Origin: Gracilinanus agilis
Lineage: Eukaryota
Reading direction: 5' to 3'
DNA: 64,000 bases
Assembly (NCBI RefSeq): GCF_016433145.1
Contig: NC_058135.1
Span: 76,240,637 to 76,304,636, forward strand
Shown here: positions 37,140-51,215 of the stretch, piece by piece
How the letters are laid out: each line of letters opens with the position of its first letter
Numbering within the stretch: position 1 is the first letter of the stretch
Translations under genes and position numbers: made by a program
The notes under the pieces: model-generated
The model's database searches: none
What the model saw: the letters and a program-made list of their open reading frames with translations, nothing else
What the model was told of the DNA's origin: nothing

Positions 37140-37460
37140 AATCTATTAAGCAATTAGGTGTATCAGTTGTTGTGCTAGGTTTGGGGGATACAGTGGTGAC
37201 AAGAAAAGAAATTCTCCTTTTGAGAGAGCCCTATATTCTTTCCAAATCTTCAAGTGTAATATAATAAAATGTAACTGGAGGAAAGTCCTCATGTTGAGTG
37301 GGAACTGGAGAGGGCGGCTGGTGCAGGCAGCATTTGAATGGGACATTTTTATTAGTTAGAAAGAAAGTGTAGATGTTTTTGGTGAGTAGAACCTTAGTGG
37401 GACAAGAGCTGGGAAGAATTGACATGGCTTTGAAAGGAAGAGGAGATTCAGAAGGAAAAC
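37140..37460 (-). mobile_element. L2 3' fragment
   Basis: ctattaagcaattagg...tgtgctaggtttgggggatacagtggtgacaag. Confidence 0.7.
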
Positions 37461-38924
37461 ATTAAGATTCCCTTCAGCAGATGAAGAGGTTTCTAGCTCA
37501 CTAGAGGAAAACTATATTTTTTCTATACCATTATCAAAACAAACCATCCATTGAGAATGCTCCGGGAAATAGCTGCCTGGGAGGCAAATATAAATCTCAG
37601 ATGCAGTTGGGAGTTTGCCCAAGAACAGCCCAAGAACAGAACTATTCATAGACATAGTGGAAAGATGTCTGGGAACCTAAAAGAATACACGAAGAGGAGA
37701 GAGCTATGATATTCAGGAAAAAATGAAGTAGCTGGATTAATATTCTTTTCCTTCTTGGTTCCTTCCTGTTGTGCTGGTATCTATATCTGAGAGTCAGAGC
37801 ATAAATATTTTTAAAGTGTAAAGAATAAACAAGTGTGTTTCAGATAAGCCAAGATTTCCATATGGCAACTTCACTCAGATCTTTCCTAAGTCTACAAGTT
37901 TAATAAAAGATAATTTGGAATGCTATACATAAGGACATTCACTTAGAATCCTACTTTTTAGAGATGAGAATCATTCAAAGACTTAGAATATAGTGTTGTG
38001 TCACTACAGAATATCTATCATGTTGTAACATTCTGAGCGAATTTGACGTCAAATTTTTTTTTAAGTTAAAAGCAATATTTCTTAAGAGACTACCTGAGAT
38101 TGCTATTCCCAGGATTTCCTAGGGAGATATAGCACTAATTATCACTCTTAAATTCATGTGCTTCCTCCAATTACTCAAGTCTTTCTGTTGAAGCTACAAA
38201 TAAATGGCATAATTAGGTTCACTCATTATCAAGAAAGATTTGATTTTTATTTTAAAATTCCCTTTATTCCTGGCTGTTGCAAAGAGGGAAAGAAACAACT
38301 GAACTTATTTTTATGTAATTGTGAAGTTTTTGCTGGCAAAAGAATTGCTTGCCATTTCTCAAAGGCTAACATTTGAGTTCTTGCCTATTCTGTAGTGAAA
38401 ATGAATTTGTTTACCTTGAGTGGGTAGCATCCTTTTGGTTTTTCTCTTCTTTCATTTAATTTACAAAATTGGACATGTTAGTTATCTGTGCATCTCTGGG
38501 AGAGACACACAGTACTGTTGTGCATTTGTTATACCAGTTTCAGAAGATTGTCATAAAAAGATGGGCAAATGGTTCTAAAATGTAAAGTTCTATATAATGA
38601 CAAGGTATTATTATCATCTTTAATTTGGAAAGTGTCAATAAGTATCTCTGAGAGTTGACAGTCTGGTGCTAATGAAACATAAAAAGGTATGAATGTTATG
38701 CAGATGAATCTTCTGACTAAGTTTCCTTTCCTCATTATTCGAAAGAACAGAATATTCTTCCTGGAACTAGATTTAGAAAGATATTACCTGCCCACTTTTA
38801 AAAAGCATGGCACTTTGTATAGCATGGAAGAATGATGTTATGGTCTAATCTTTAGTTTCCACTGTTTTAGAATAAGCAAATGCTAGAACATGAGTGAAGT
38901 GACCAAAGACTATTACAATAGCTT

Positions 38925-39840
38925 CCTCACTCATCTTCCTTTATCCAGGCTCTTCCCTCTCAAATTCCACATCCATGCAGTTGATGAAATGATATTCTTT
39001 TTTTTGAACTCAGATTGCATATTGGTACTAGTTTCAAAAATTATTTTCTGACATTTTGAAATCCATATTTCCTCACTCCCTTGTGCCCTTTTTCCTTCCC
39101 CTAGATGGCAGGTGATATATGCTATATATATGCTGTCATGCAATACATAATTCCATGGTATTATGTTGTAAAAGAAGATACATATTGCTTACACTAAAAA
39201 AAGCATTCTTGGAGGAACTAAAGTGAAGAATGGTATGCTTCAATCTGCATTGAGACTCCATCAATTCCTTCTATGGCATTGGATCCCTTTTCTATTCCAA
39301 GCCTCTTGGAGGTGTACTAGATCCCTAAATTTCTGATAATAGTTAAGTCATTCACGGCTGATCATTGTAGAAATGATATCCTTAAAGCATATTTCTGTCT
39401 ATGTTACTACTTTGATCAAAAAGTTCAAGACCTTTTATTGCTGCTGTTTGACATTTAATGATTTGGCGCTAGACAGTTATCCCTCTGATTTTATTCTATG
39501 GTCCAGGAAAATAGTTTTCCTGTTATTAATTCGTAGCATTCCATGTCTTATCTTCATGAACAGAACACAGTTCTCCTTACATCTGCTTTCCTTAGAATAC
39601 CAAGATTTCCTCAAAATTCAGTTCAGATGTTATTTCCTATTTGAGATCTTTCCTGCTCATCCTCCCTGGGTATGAGTGCTTTTTTATGTTCCCTGCACTT
39701 TGTACTAATTTATATGTGTAAGATAAACTTTAAAGTTCTTGAGAGCAAGGACTATTTAATTTTATTATAATATATTCAATCATTAGCCCAGGGCCAGGCA
39801 CATAGTAAGTGATTTATAATAGTTTGCTGATTGACTGATT
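38925..39840 (+). mobile_element. L2 3' fragment hosting an L1 insertion
   Basis: aagttcttgagagcaaggacta...ggcacatagtaagtg...tttgctgattgactga. Confidence 0.7.
39000..39369 (-). mobile_element. 5'-truncated L1 (370 bp) nested in L2
   Basis: T-tail at 39000; marsupial L1 3'UTR motifs; 14-bp TSD gaaatgatat[t/c]ctt (38986-38999, 39370-39383) with TT|AAGG endonuclease-type site on the minus strand. Confidence 0.85.
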
Positions 39841-42194
39841 TCTGTTTTGGGATGAGAAAAATCACCAGTAGAGTAGAAATTTCTAGTCTTGGAATCCAAA
39901 AGGTCTTATTATTATTATCATTTTTATTATTAATTAAATTATCTGAAAAGAAGTGGTCTTTGCTAATGCTAACATTCCATGGAATGTGTTTTATCTTTAT
40001 TTTTTAAATTCTGAAGAATATTTCAAAGGCCTCAATGGCAGAAATATTTTTTAACTTGAAAAAATTTTTTTAAACTTTGAAAATTAGACTGACGTGATTC
40101 AATAAAATTATCTTCACATAGGACTTCTTTATCATGTTCTTCTAACTTCTAGAATGCCATAAGGACAATCTTATCATTTTAAAATTTCAAAACAGTCCAT
40201 CTCCTTCTATTTACAAATGCAAAATGAGTCTGCCAGAATAAGGTAGCAATTTGAAAGAATAAATGTATATAAAAGTTAAATTTGGAAGACCATCTAAGTT
40301 TTCTAGAAAATGATTCATAAGGAGAGTTCATTTTATAGGTGAAGATTATGTACCATGTTTCATGGGAATTTTATTTGCAATCACATCCACTAATCCATAT
40401 ACATCTTTCTTAATCTATAAAAAGAACATGAAATTATTTATTAAAAATTTTGAATGAGGTAGCTCATTTAAACTTAATTAAAAATAAATTTGATTTTTAT
40501 GACTCAGAGAAGTGTTTAAAAATGAATTTCTAAAATATAAAAATGGTCACTGATGCCTGACAATTGAATTGTCATTATTTAGAAATGATAGATATGTAAG
40601 TAGAAAGACCTTATATTGATAAATTGGCATCTCTCCTGTCAAAGGTTGTTTTTTTTTAATTTATAGGACTCAAAGAACCCAAACTATTTTTGTTATATAT
40701 AATTGAATTAACACTGTGGAAAGCTTTCCATATGACAATTTTTCAACAAAATTGTAAGCAACTGTAAAAAAAAATGATGGCATTTAACTGAAGATGAACC
40801 AGACATGAGAAAATGTTTCATTAATTTGTTATGTGGGAAAGCATTGATATGCTATTAATTCTTTATTTTAAAAAAAATGCACATAACTCAGTCCCCAGGA
40901 TCCTGTTAAACATCATGGAACCCTAGAAGAATTCAGGCACTGGTAATTCATGACACCTCTGTTCTAACTCTGGTTCTACCAATATAATGTAATCTTGGAT
41001 AAATCACTTAACCACCCTTAATCACAATTTGCTTATTTAAAAAAAGGTGTAGAGCCTTTTCTAGATCTAAATTTCTGTCAACTTCTATAAATTTAGATTA
41101 GAAGTTCCCTATTACAAAACCCTACGTTATTTTATTTTGTATTCTATAGTAGTAATCTGAATTTGTATTTCAATGTATAGGCTTATTTTTTAGTGGAGCC
41201 CAAATCATCCCATGTACATTAAATATGAATAGAGAAGAAAGATGGATAATATGCATGAGTGTATGTGTACATGGCTAATAAACACAAATGGATAGACAAT
41301 ATATAAGCATATGTGTGTATATACATGCATATGCACACTACCATATGTGATTTTAATGCTAACAGAATCGTTTTTTCTCTAATAATTTTAGAAATAATAG
41401 TAAATTTGAATTGATATTCATTTCATCTGAATAACTATGCTACCACCAAATGGTGTAATATGACAATGTTGTATTTACTCAAGCAAAGAAAGATGATTAA
41501 GATGAAAATAGTAATTGTCATAAACTAGCAAGAAAAGACATATTCAAAGGATTGTTTCAATAGATACATCAAACTGATTGGGTGAGATTACATTCTTGCA
41601 GCACTCTCTATAGTTTGTACTAATAGCGCTTTTGAGGATCGTACAGCTGTTCCATAGAGATTATTGTAACTAGTTCACAATGGTTTCCAAACACTCAAGT
41701 GGAACCATACTTCCTGCACAGACACGACTAGCTTAACATAAGGAGACCCAAAGGAAGCATCATTCTGTGTTGATATCTCTAAACTAGATGAGTCAGTACA
41801 TAAATCATACAAGATCATTTGCCTCTCCTCTTTTCCTCCCTTCCTTCTTTTTTTTTTTTTTTTGGTCCTTCTATTAAAATAGGTAACATTTCACAAATTG
41901 AGTAAGGCATATCATGCTTCCTCTGTGAAAGACAGGCATGTCCTTAAACTCATTGGTCTCTCTTGCCTCATGTGCTTTTTCTCCAAAGAAACTTTTCGTT
42001 TTCACTTAAAAGTTCTGAAATCCTTGATTTTTTGTTATTGTTTCTAATCAGAGGATAATATAGCCTTAAGATATTTTCAGTGTTGGAGTATTAAAGATAA
42101 AATATCTCCAGAACAGATATATCAAAAATATTGGAATAGATTTAAGCCACTGAAACTTAGTTATTGATGAGGTTACATTGTAATTATTCATGAA

Positions 42195-42382
42195 GGGGCA
42201 AATAGGTGGATCAGTAGATTGAGAGTCAGGGCTTAAGGTCCTTGATTCAAATCTGGCCTCAGACATTCCTAGCTGGGTGATCCTAGGCAACTTTAACCCC
42301 CATTGCCCAGCCCTTACCACTCATCTGCCTTGGAACCAATACACAATATTGATTATATGATAGAAGGTAAGGGTTTGGAAAA
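42195..42382 (+). mobile_element. SINE1_Mdo-type SINE (older)
   Basis: ggggcaaataggtggatcagtagattgagag...ttcaaatctggcctcagac...cccttaccactcatctgccttggaaccaatac...gaaggtaagggttt. Confidence 0.9.
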
Positions 42383-44416
42383 GTATTCCTGAGATTAGAT
42401 GTTGCTGGGTCCATTTTGTAACTACTGAGATGTGTTTGTTATTTGTTATTGGCTGATTAATCTTCCTGGTTGATCTGTTCTTCAGAGTATATGATGGAGT
42501 TCAAACATCCAAAGGGACTGAGAAGTTAACAAAGTAGTACATCATTTGAGTTATTGAATCTGAAAAAGAAAGGGGTCAGTGAAAGGAGTAGACTCTACTC
42601 AGTAGAGGATATATCACCTATGATGATCTGACTATTCTCTCTCCCCTGGTAGATAACAGTTGAAAATGGACCACCCATTTGGTTCACCTACAGAGCATTT
42701 TTTTGTGAGAATGTTGGCATGTGGGACAGCTAGCCTCTTGGTAGAGAAATAGTTTGTTTTCCCAGACTCTTGATTGAATATCTTTTCAATCTGTGTTTAA
42801 TAGGAAGCCTTTAGAAAGAATGAGACAATTTTAGCATCATGAGGATATGTTAACCTATTCTCTGATTCTAGCATAGAGAGGGAGGAGAGGAAAAGATGAC
42901 CACTCTTTGAACCCTTTTTGACCAACTGATTAGTCTCTTTCCTTTTGTTCCTATACACTAAATGCTATAGAAAATGAAATTGTGAAGAAATGGCACTAAA
43001 AGACCTCTCTTGACTCTGGCTCAGTTTTGTGAAATACTCTGAATAGATTTTTCTACTCCCCTTTGCTCATTTTTTGTACAGAAAGTCATAGGCACAATGC
43101 TAAAAAGCCACTAGGAATCACCTAGATCAACATCCTTTGCTTTATAGATAAGGAGCTGAGGTCCAGGGGGGTGACTTTTCAAGGTCACACAGTAAATTAG
43201 CAGAATACTTTAATGGACCAAGGCCTCATAAAGCTTTGAAAATTTTGGATGGAAGAAGCATTTTCATATTGCATAATTGTTAAATTATCTTGTGTTCATA
43301 TCTGAAAAGCCTGTAGCTATAAAAGTGAAAGAAATCATAAAGATAATACAGTCCCAACCCCCAATCTCATTTTCAAGAACAAGAGAATGAGGTCCCAGGA
43401 AATTAAGTGACAAGGTTGGAGATCTGGAAGCAGAACTCAATGATTCTAAGCAGATGTTCAGTGCTTTGAATCGTGATCTTGATATTCAGCTAAAGGAGAC
43501 TTGGGAAAAGAAGATTAAAATACTGCTTTCCAAGTGCTAGACAGACTTAGTATGGTGTCTGAGGTTGATTACGCTTTAAATCAATCAATTTATTCCTTAG
43601 ATAAGAAAAAAATTCCATTTTAAAGGTTTTGATGTTAATACCTTATAATGAACTTTTATAAATCTGGTATGAGTTGTAAGTGAAGAAAAAATTCTGACTT
43701 AAAGTTTTGATGGTAATACAATATAATAAATACCTTTATAAATCAAGTATGAGGTGTCAAATGCAATACCTGCATAGCTGAGTTTACTGTTATCTAACTT
43801 GCTTGGTATATAGATATTATGTTTGGGGGTGAGATTACAATTTAATGCATTAAATGAGCTCTATCCTATCAAGTGTTCTGAGGTCCTAAATATTGATATT
43901 TTGTAGCATACATTTCTCTTTTTATATTAGCCATGTAATTTTGTTATGAATATAAGTTGTACAACAAAGTGCTGTGAATAGGTAGAAGGTTGAAAATTTC
44001 CATTTAAAACATAGGCTTTAACCCTGCATAATTTGTATAATTTTCCTTTACATAGCACTTCTGCAGAAACCATTAATCTTGATTCTCTGCCTCTAGAGTA
44101 AGAGGATCTGTCGAAGACAAAGGGTTGCAAATAAAGGGAAAAAAATTTAGTGTCAAATTAGTCTTGATTGTTGTTCTGAGAATAATATATTATTTCCACT
44201 GAGAAGCTTGAATAAGATCTCTTTGGATGCTGCTACTGACTTTGAAGGAGCCTTTTCTATGGGAGAAAAATATTACTCATATTGTGGTAGGAGATAACTG
44301 TAAAATTCCATCTTTCCTCCCCTCTTTGCTTAGTATAAAACCCAGGAGTAGCAATATATATCTATATCAAAAGATAGATAGTTGGAGGGAGGGAGAGAGG
44401 GAGAGTTTAGGATAAA

Positions 44417-44590
44417 NNNNNNNNNNNNNNNNNNNNNNNNNNNNNNNNNNNNNNNNNNNNNNNNNNNNNNNNNNNNNNNNNNNNNNNNNNNNNNNNNNNN
44501 NNNNNNNNNNNNNNNNNNNNNNNNNNNNNNNNNNNNNNNNNNNNNNNNNNNNNNNNNNNNNNNNNNNNNNNNNNNNNNNNNNNNNNNNNN
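44417..44590. other. Assembly gap (174 N)
   Basis: Run of N. Confidence 0.99.
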
Positions 44591-45769
44591 TAAGATATAA
44601 GAACAGATGGTCTTTGTTCTAAATTGCTGTAGACAATGATTATCTGATAGAAAATGGTAATTAACCACTTTAAGTAGCCAAGTGCTTGTTTTCTTTCTCA
44701 TTTTGATTAAATGTCTTCTTGTCTTGATTATTTTTGTTATGAATATAAGATTTCTCTCTAGAATTCAGTAATGTCCACATAGCTATTAACTTCTTTTAAT
44801 AAATGTTGGGAAACCACTAGCAAGATCTTTGACAGAGAAAAAATGCATTATTATTGCCCACCATTTGCTCCAGGTTTCTTCAGTAGGATGCTAACCTAAC
44901 ATCTTCATTTCTTTTATCCTTAAAAATCATTTATATTTACACATACAAACACATTTAAATGTATGCATATACTTAAACACACATGCACACACAAGTGTAC
45001 TTTATACTTATACATATAGGCATATACATATCTGTACTGTAGGTATCTATTCCAGGATTATAGCTTATTTATCGGGAAAAGGCAATTTTGAATAAATAGA
45101 AAATATGTAGACATTGAAAGTATTTGAACATATCTTAATTGGTGAGATCTGATTAAAATAGTCTCATTGCTGGCTCTTTTGTGCCAAATGGTTTTTCCAC
45201 TCCTCAAGGAAAAAGTCGTTTCGCTCAATATTGACAGTCTCTTTGTTACACAAGAACAATTGAAGTATGTATAAGAAGAAGCTGTGCTTAACATGCTATT
45301 TCAGGTAGTAATGTGAATGATTTGGAACAAATCTATTTCTAAGTGTTCTTTGATCCATTAGAATAATACTGTATTTACTTGGATATTTTTTCTCTTAACA
45401 CTGTGCCCCATTTACATGGCCATATAGGAGAAGAAAAAAAATGGCAGCCTCTCCTCCAGTCCAAGGCTATTTTAAAAAGGCAGAGAAAAGCCAAAATTGG
45501 ATTGGATTAAGGGAAGAATCAATCCATTTGCATTGGTTGGAATGAAGTAAGCAGACAGCTGGAGCTGATCAATGCTCTCTCTTCAGTCCCACCCAGCTTC
45601 CTCTCATCTTTACCAATTTCCTTTGAACGTACAAGTAAAGAACTCTACAGGCATGGGGACAAGATCCAAGATTTCCATTAGTATAGGGATAGGTGAGGAA
45701 AATTTCTTTACCAATACAGATCACATTTTTTTTTGCAATTTAGCATTTTAGAGAATTGCCCAAGGTCTC

Positions 45770-46470
45770 TAAGTCAATCCCTAAACATTTATTAAGCACT
45801 TACTATATTTCCAGGCACTGTACTAAGCCCTGGGGGTCCAAAGACTGGCAAAAAGCAATCTCTGCTCTCAGGAGGCTCATGAGTTAAGTCATTAAAAGTT
45901 TGTTACTGAGTTACCCCAGTTTACTGGGCCAGTTTGGAGAGGCAATTAGTACAGTATAGGCAAAGTGCTTGAACTAAGAGTTAGGAAACCAAAATTCAAA
46001 TCCAATAGGACAATTAATAGGTGAATGACTCTGGGCAAGCCATTTAAACTCTGTCTGCCTCTCTTTACTTAGCTACAAATGAGGACAATAATTTACATCC
46101 CAGAGTTACTTTGAGGATCAAATGAGACAATGATATTTTTAAGTATTTAGCACAGTGACTGACAGTTAGTAGGTGCTATATAAATGCTGTTCTTGTTGCC
46201 ATTTAGTCATTTTCAGTTATGTTTGAATCTCTGTGACGCTATCTGTGGTTTTCTTGCAAAAGATATTGTAATGGTTTGCCATTTCCTTCTCCAGCTCATT
46301 TAATAGATAAGGAACTGAGGCAGAGTTAAGGGGCTTAACCAGGGTCACCCAGCTAGCAAATAAATGCCTTAGGCCAGATTTTAGCTCAGGAAGATGAATC
46401 TTCCTTATTTCAGACTCAGCACCTAGCTGCCCATATAAATGCTACCTGTTATGTATTATTACTACTGTTA
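45770..46470. mobile_element. L2 tail (-, 45770-45900) and MIR (+, 45940-46470)
   Basis: aaacatttattaagcacttactata; ctgggcaagccatttaa...gaggatcaaatgagac...tagcacagtgac. Confidence 0.75.
46189..46432 (-). mobile_element. MAR1-type SINE nested in the MIR 3' end
   Basis: ttagtcattttcagttatgtt...atggtttgccatttccttctccagctc...acctagctgccc; exact 11-bp TSD atataaatgct (46178-46188, 46433-46443). Confidence 0.9.
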
Positions 46471-46533
46471 TTCAAAGACCAAACTTAAACCCTGCTTTTC
46501 TTGAATTAGATGCCAGCTCTTGGTCCAATATGG

Positions 46534-46793
46534 GTACAGTTCTCAGAGTGTGGTCTAGGACTTCTCAGAGGTTCTACAAAGTGAAAACTATTTTCATAAA
46601 AATTCTAAGGCATTCTAATTTTTAAAGATATTTTATTTTCCCAATTATATGCAATATCAATTTTCAGCATACATTCATTCTAATTTCTAATACAGCAAAT
46701 GTCAACTGACATATAAATGCTTTTGAGGGGGGTCCTTAATACTTTTTAAATGTAAAAAGGGATCCTGAGAGCAAAAATATTTGAGAACTGCTG
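46534..46793 (+). mobile_element. hAT-Charlie (MER33/Charlie1-like) non-autonomous element
   Basis: cagttctcagagtgtggtc...aaaactattttcataa...gggatcctgagagcaaaaatatttgagaactgctg; degenerate TIRs. Confidence 0.7.
46622..46675 (-). mobile_element. 54-bp L1 3' terminus with TSD inside the Charlie element
   Basis: ttaaagatattttattttcccaattatatgcaatatcaattttcagcatacatt; exact 11-bp direct repeat cattctaattt at 46611-46621 and 46676-46686. Confidence 0.65.
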
Positions 46794-47454
46794 CAATACA
46801 CACATGAAAATAAATGGCATTTTTGCTATAGAATGAAATTTCTGCCTAAAAAAAGGTTCTTGGCCTTTCTCCCCTTAGATTAAAAAAAATCACATGGCCT
46901 GGAATTATAAACTTGAAAGAAAAAAAAAAACCCGAAGCATGGCCACTACCAATTTTCAATCACTTGCACACACATCTTGAAAATGGCAAAACAGAAAACA
47001 CCTTTAGCATTTTTTGCTAAGAAAGCAAAATTGTAAGAACTGGATGACATTTAATTTTTTCTCTGGTTCCTGTGTAAAATTCTAATTTAGAAATTGTAAC
47101 GAGAGTGAAAAAAAAATCACAAAATTTAATGTTTTGTACACTGAGGAAGTGAACCAGGACATTGGCAATCAGATAATTTACTCTACCTTTCTTTCTTTTT
47201 CTTTCTTGTCATAGAAGGTCTTATCAGTCAACGGGCATTTATGAAGGCCTTAGTATGTGCCAGATACTGTACTAAGCAGAGAGAAATCACTTAAATAAAC
47301 ATTTTAGATCTAAGTATTATGTATTTTTCTTATTTTAATGTCCTTGAGAACCTTGGCAAAATTTTGGCATTATATTTTAAATGGTTAAATTTGACCTTGA
47401 TATAATCAAGCTACTGTCCTCTGCCTGCTGATCAGGGAGACTCAGAAGCTAAGC

Positions 47455-48235
47455 CTGCTTTTTAAATGAATTTATTTTTTTATATTCTGTTCTTTTTTTT
47501 TAAACCCTTACCTTCCGTCTTGGAGTCAATACTGCGTATTGGCTCCAAGGCAGAAGAGTGGTAAGAGTAGGCAATGGGGGTCAAGTGACTTTTCCAGGGT
47601 CACACAGCCAAGAAGTATCCAAGATCAGATTTGAACCTAGGACCTCCCGTCTCTAGGCCTGACTCTCAATCCACTGAGATACCCAGCTGCGCCCATTCTG
47701 TTCTTTTTAAATATTGAGTTTCCAATTCTCTCCCTCCCTCCTAGCCATGCATCCCACACCCACTGAAAAAGCATGTAATATGATATCAATTATACATGTG
47801 AAATCAGGTAAAACATTTCCATATTAACTGTGTTTCAAAAAAAAGAAATAAAATTATATTTCAATTTCCTTTCAACATTTCTCTCACTGGAGATGAATAG
47901 TTGTATTTTTCTTCCATCATGAGTCCTCTGGAATTGTCTTGAATCATTATGTCGATAAGAGTAGCCAAATCTTTTGAGAGTTGAGCATCTAACAACATTG
48001 CTGTTACTGTATATCTGGTTATTCTTACTTCGTTTTGCATCAGTTAATGTAGGTCTTATTTTTTCCCGAAGCAAACCCCCTTGTCATTTCTTATAGCACA
48101 ACCATTCCCCAACTGATGAACATTCTCTAATTTCCAAATTCTTTACCAACACAAAAAATTATTATATTTTTGTACATGTAAGATCTTTTTCTTTCCCTTT
48201 AGTGTCTTTGGAGCTTAGACTTGATAGAAGTATTT
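47455..48235 (-). mobile_element. L1 3'UTR fragment
   Basis: aattctctccctccc...aattatacatgtgaaatc...cctctggaattgtcttgaatcatt...tcatttcttatagcac. Confidence 0.8.
47498..47694 (-). mobile_element. Full-length young SINE1_Mdo-type SINE nested in the L1 3' end
   Basis: Exact 14-bp TSD attctgttcttttt (47484-47497, 47695-47708); TT|AAAA site on the minus strand; CpGs retained. Confidence 0.95.
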
Positions 48236-50574
48236 GAACCTGGTTTTTTAATGTGTCAGAAAACCGGAAAGACAATAAGACTGAAAAAAAAGAAGAGTAG
48301 CTAGCTGACTTTATTTAATTTGGAGGGGGTGAATATTTTTAAAAGAGGCTGAATGTTATATATCTTATAAACTGAAATCAGGAGCAGGTATTATAATGGC
48401 CATATCTCGAATCAAACAAATTAATGGCCACAATCCAATAGAACATGAATAATTGAGCCCATAGAAAGTAATTTTAAACAGAGGCTTAACTACATTTTTG
48501 ATTCTATCTTTTACTGATAATAGCTGACATGTAAATAGCTCTTCAAGATTATCCAGCATCTTGTCTACTGATAACATGATGCAAGGTCCTACTTTTTTAT
48601 CTCTACAGTGAGGAAGAGAAGGCTTCTTTTGAAACGTACCTCTGGTAGACATTTTTTTCTGTACATGAATTAGCACACATTTCCTTGCTCAATGCAGCCT
48701 TTACTTTCAAGGAAATTACAATCTTCCTGAGGAGACAGAACTTCCAAACAACAAATACATTATGTAAAAACAATTCTCAAATTCTGTAACTGGCAGTGTA
48801 CCGGGTCCTAAATTGAACCTAGTCAGGTGTTAGGATGTATGGTGGAAAGTGTAAATTCCTGTTGTCAGTCATTTCTATTTAAAGAGACTATCCTTTGAGG
48901 TGACTGACTAATCTCTTCTTAACGACTATCAGATTATTATTGTATTAGTATAACCCACAGAACCCACTGAACACACCACCTGTTTTGCTTACAAGATTAA
49001 TGATCTATGGGGAAAAAATTAAAATTTAAAACATTATTACTTAAATTTTGCTTGCTCTACAGCATCCGCTGAGAATTACGCCACATTACATGAAGCCTTT
49101 TGACTTTATAAACTTGTAATGCCTAGTTCTACAAGTCCACTTTCAGTTTTCAGAATTAAAATACTAGAAGTCAAATTTAAGAATACCTTGAAGGACCAAT
49201 TTATATAGCGCATTTAAAAAAATCTACAAAGCAAAGAAAACAGGGATAGGATGAACACTTATTTCAAAGTAAAATCATAATAATTTTTTGTATCGATTGA
49301 CACACTTGGTCCTTTGAGTTAATATATAATTCTTATATTAGAAACCTGAACCAAAGCACAAGAGAAAAGGGGAAAAAAGCTTAATTTTCTTGGAGATGAC
49401 AATTCATTCTACTAGGGAAGGTAGAAATAAAATTTTACATGCAAGATTTTGGCGTTTAGGAGAATTTTCCCCTATTTGTTCTATTCAACAAATAATTAAA
49501 TTTATTTACAAATTCTTTGAAAGAATTTTACATTGTATAAATACTACCTCTCTTGAGATGTTTACTCCTTCTTCTCTTCCTCCTCTTCCTTCTCCTCCTC
49601 TTTCTTTTCCTCCTCCTCCTCCTGATGTTTTACATGTTCAGATAAGTTGCTGTATTTGTAACAAAAGGTGGTGCTTTCATGTATAGTTACATATTACCTG
49701 TCTCTATCAAGCTATTTTTTCCCAAACACATATCTCATAAGTCATTATTGCATTCCATCCTGCCACAGAGAAATCATGTTCTTTCTGACAAATTAGCAGC
49801 ACCAGCTCTTACTTTCAATATGAAGTGGCAGAATATAAAGGTTACATGCATACTCATTTTTTAAAAAGCTTCAAAAAGGAAGGTGATACTTTTTAAATTA
49901 CTCTAGTATGTCATCTAAAAAAACTAAAGGCTTTCAGGAAATGTGATGGAAAAGGTAATTTTTCTTCATGTTATCTCTTTCTCTGTTCAATCAACTGAAT
50001 GAATTTTACAAATCCCTACCTGATTTGGAGGATTTATAAAAATTACTCCATTGTACAGAGAAAAGGCAGTGAAATAAAAGTAGACAGAAAAATTCAGGAT
50101 CTGTTTATTCTGCTTCTGATAGCTACCATTATTACTGGACCCCAATGGATGCATGATTTCCATGACGTAGCTGCCTCTGCCATTGGTGCTGATCACAAGC
50201 CATTCCCCTCTCTTGTCCATGACCTGCCAGGGTAGGCAAGAGGGAGAATGTTCTTTTAATCTTTTTTTTCTTTTTTTTTCATTATTGAAACATAAAATAT
50301 AATTATAGTGAAATAAAGCCAAAAGATTGCCATTATAAAGCATATATTGGATATAACTTCCAATTTATGTTATATAATATAATAATATATACTATGATAT
50401 ACAATAAATATCATACAAATAATTTTTATACACAGTGATATAAAAATTCTATTCTATTTCTATTATATGCCTTCCGCTATCTTATCATTGCTGTCTCACA
50501 TGATTAAGTGACCTGACTCCTTACTAAGGCTAATGCTTCTACTTGTTCAAGTGATTTCATTCCATTCCATTTCC

Positions 50575-51215
50575 CTCTAATAAGTATTTATCGAGTGCCT
50601 TCCATTTGCCAGGCACTATGCTAAGCACTGGGAATACAAGTGACAAAAATAAGGATGGTCCTTGCCCTTACAATCTAATGGGAGAAGACAATACACACAA
50701 AAAAGCAAGAAAATGGGGGTGAAGGCAGAGAACACAGGATACCCTTACTGGGGGTGTCTTGTTCCATGGAATTAAGCAAATACAGGTAGGAAATTAGTTT
50801 CTGACATCTAAAAAGGAAGGCTTCTGGAGGAGTTTGGCACCCTACCCGTTAGCCCTCCAATCAGAGGGTAGAGACTGCCTAAGGGAGGTGATGTCAGTAA
50901 ATACAAAATAAACACTTGGTGTTCGGATCTGGGAGAGAAGAGAGACTTGTAACTGTAGGAATTACAGGAAGGGAGAAAGGGAGGAAAGAAATATTTATTA
51001 AACAAACACCTGTTACGTGCCAGGCATTGTGATATATGCTTTATAATTATTATCACATTTCATTTCCACAACATCTCAGGGATGGAGGTATTATTGTCAT
51101 TCCTATTTTACATTTGAGGAAACTGAGATTGAGTTACTTATCCAGGGATACACAGCTGATACATCTGTTAAGTCCCATTTGAACTCGGGTCTACCTGACT
51201 CCAGGTCAAGGAAAT
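50575..51215 (-). mobile_element. L2 fragment (50575-50990) plus MIR (50995-51215)
   Basis: aataagtatttatcgagtgcc...ccaggcactatgctaagcactgggaatac; ttttacatttgaggaaactgag. Confidence 0.75.
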
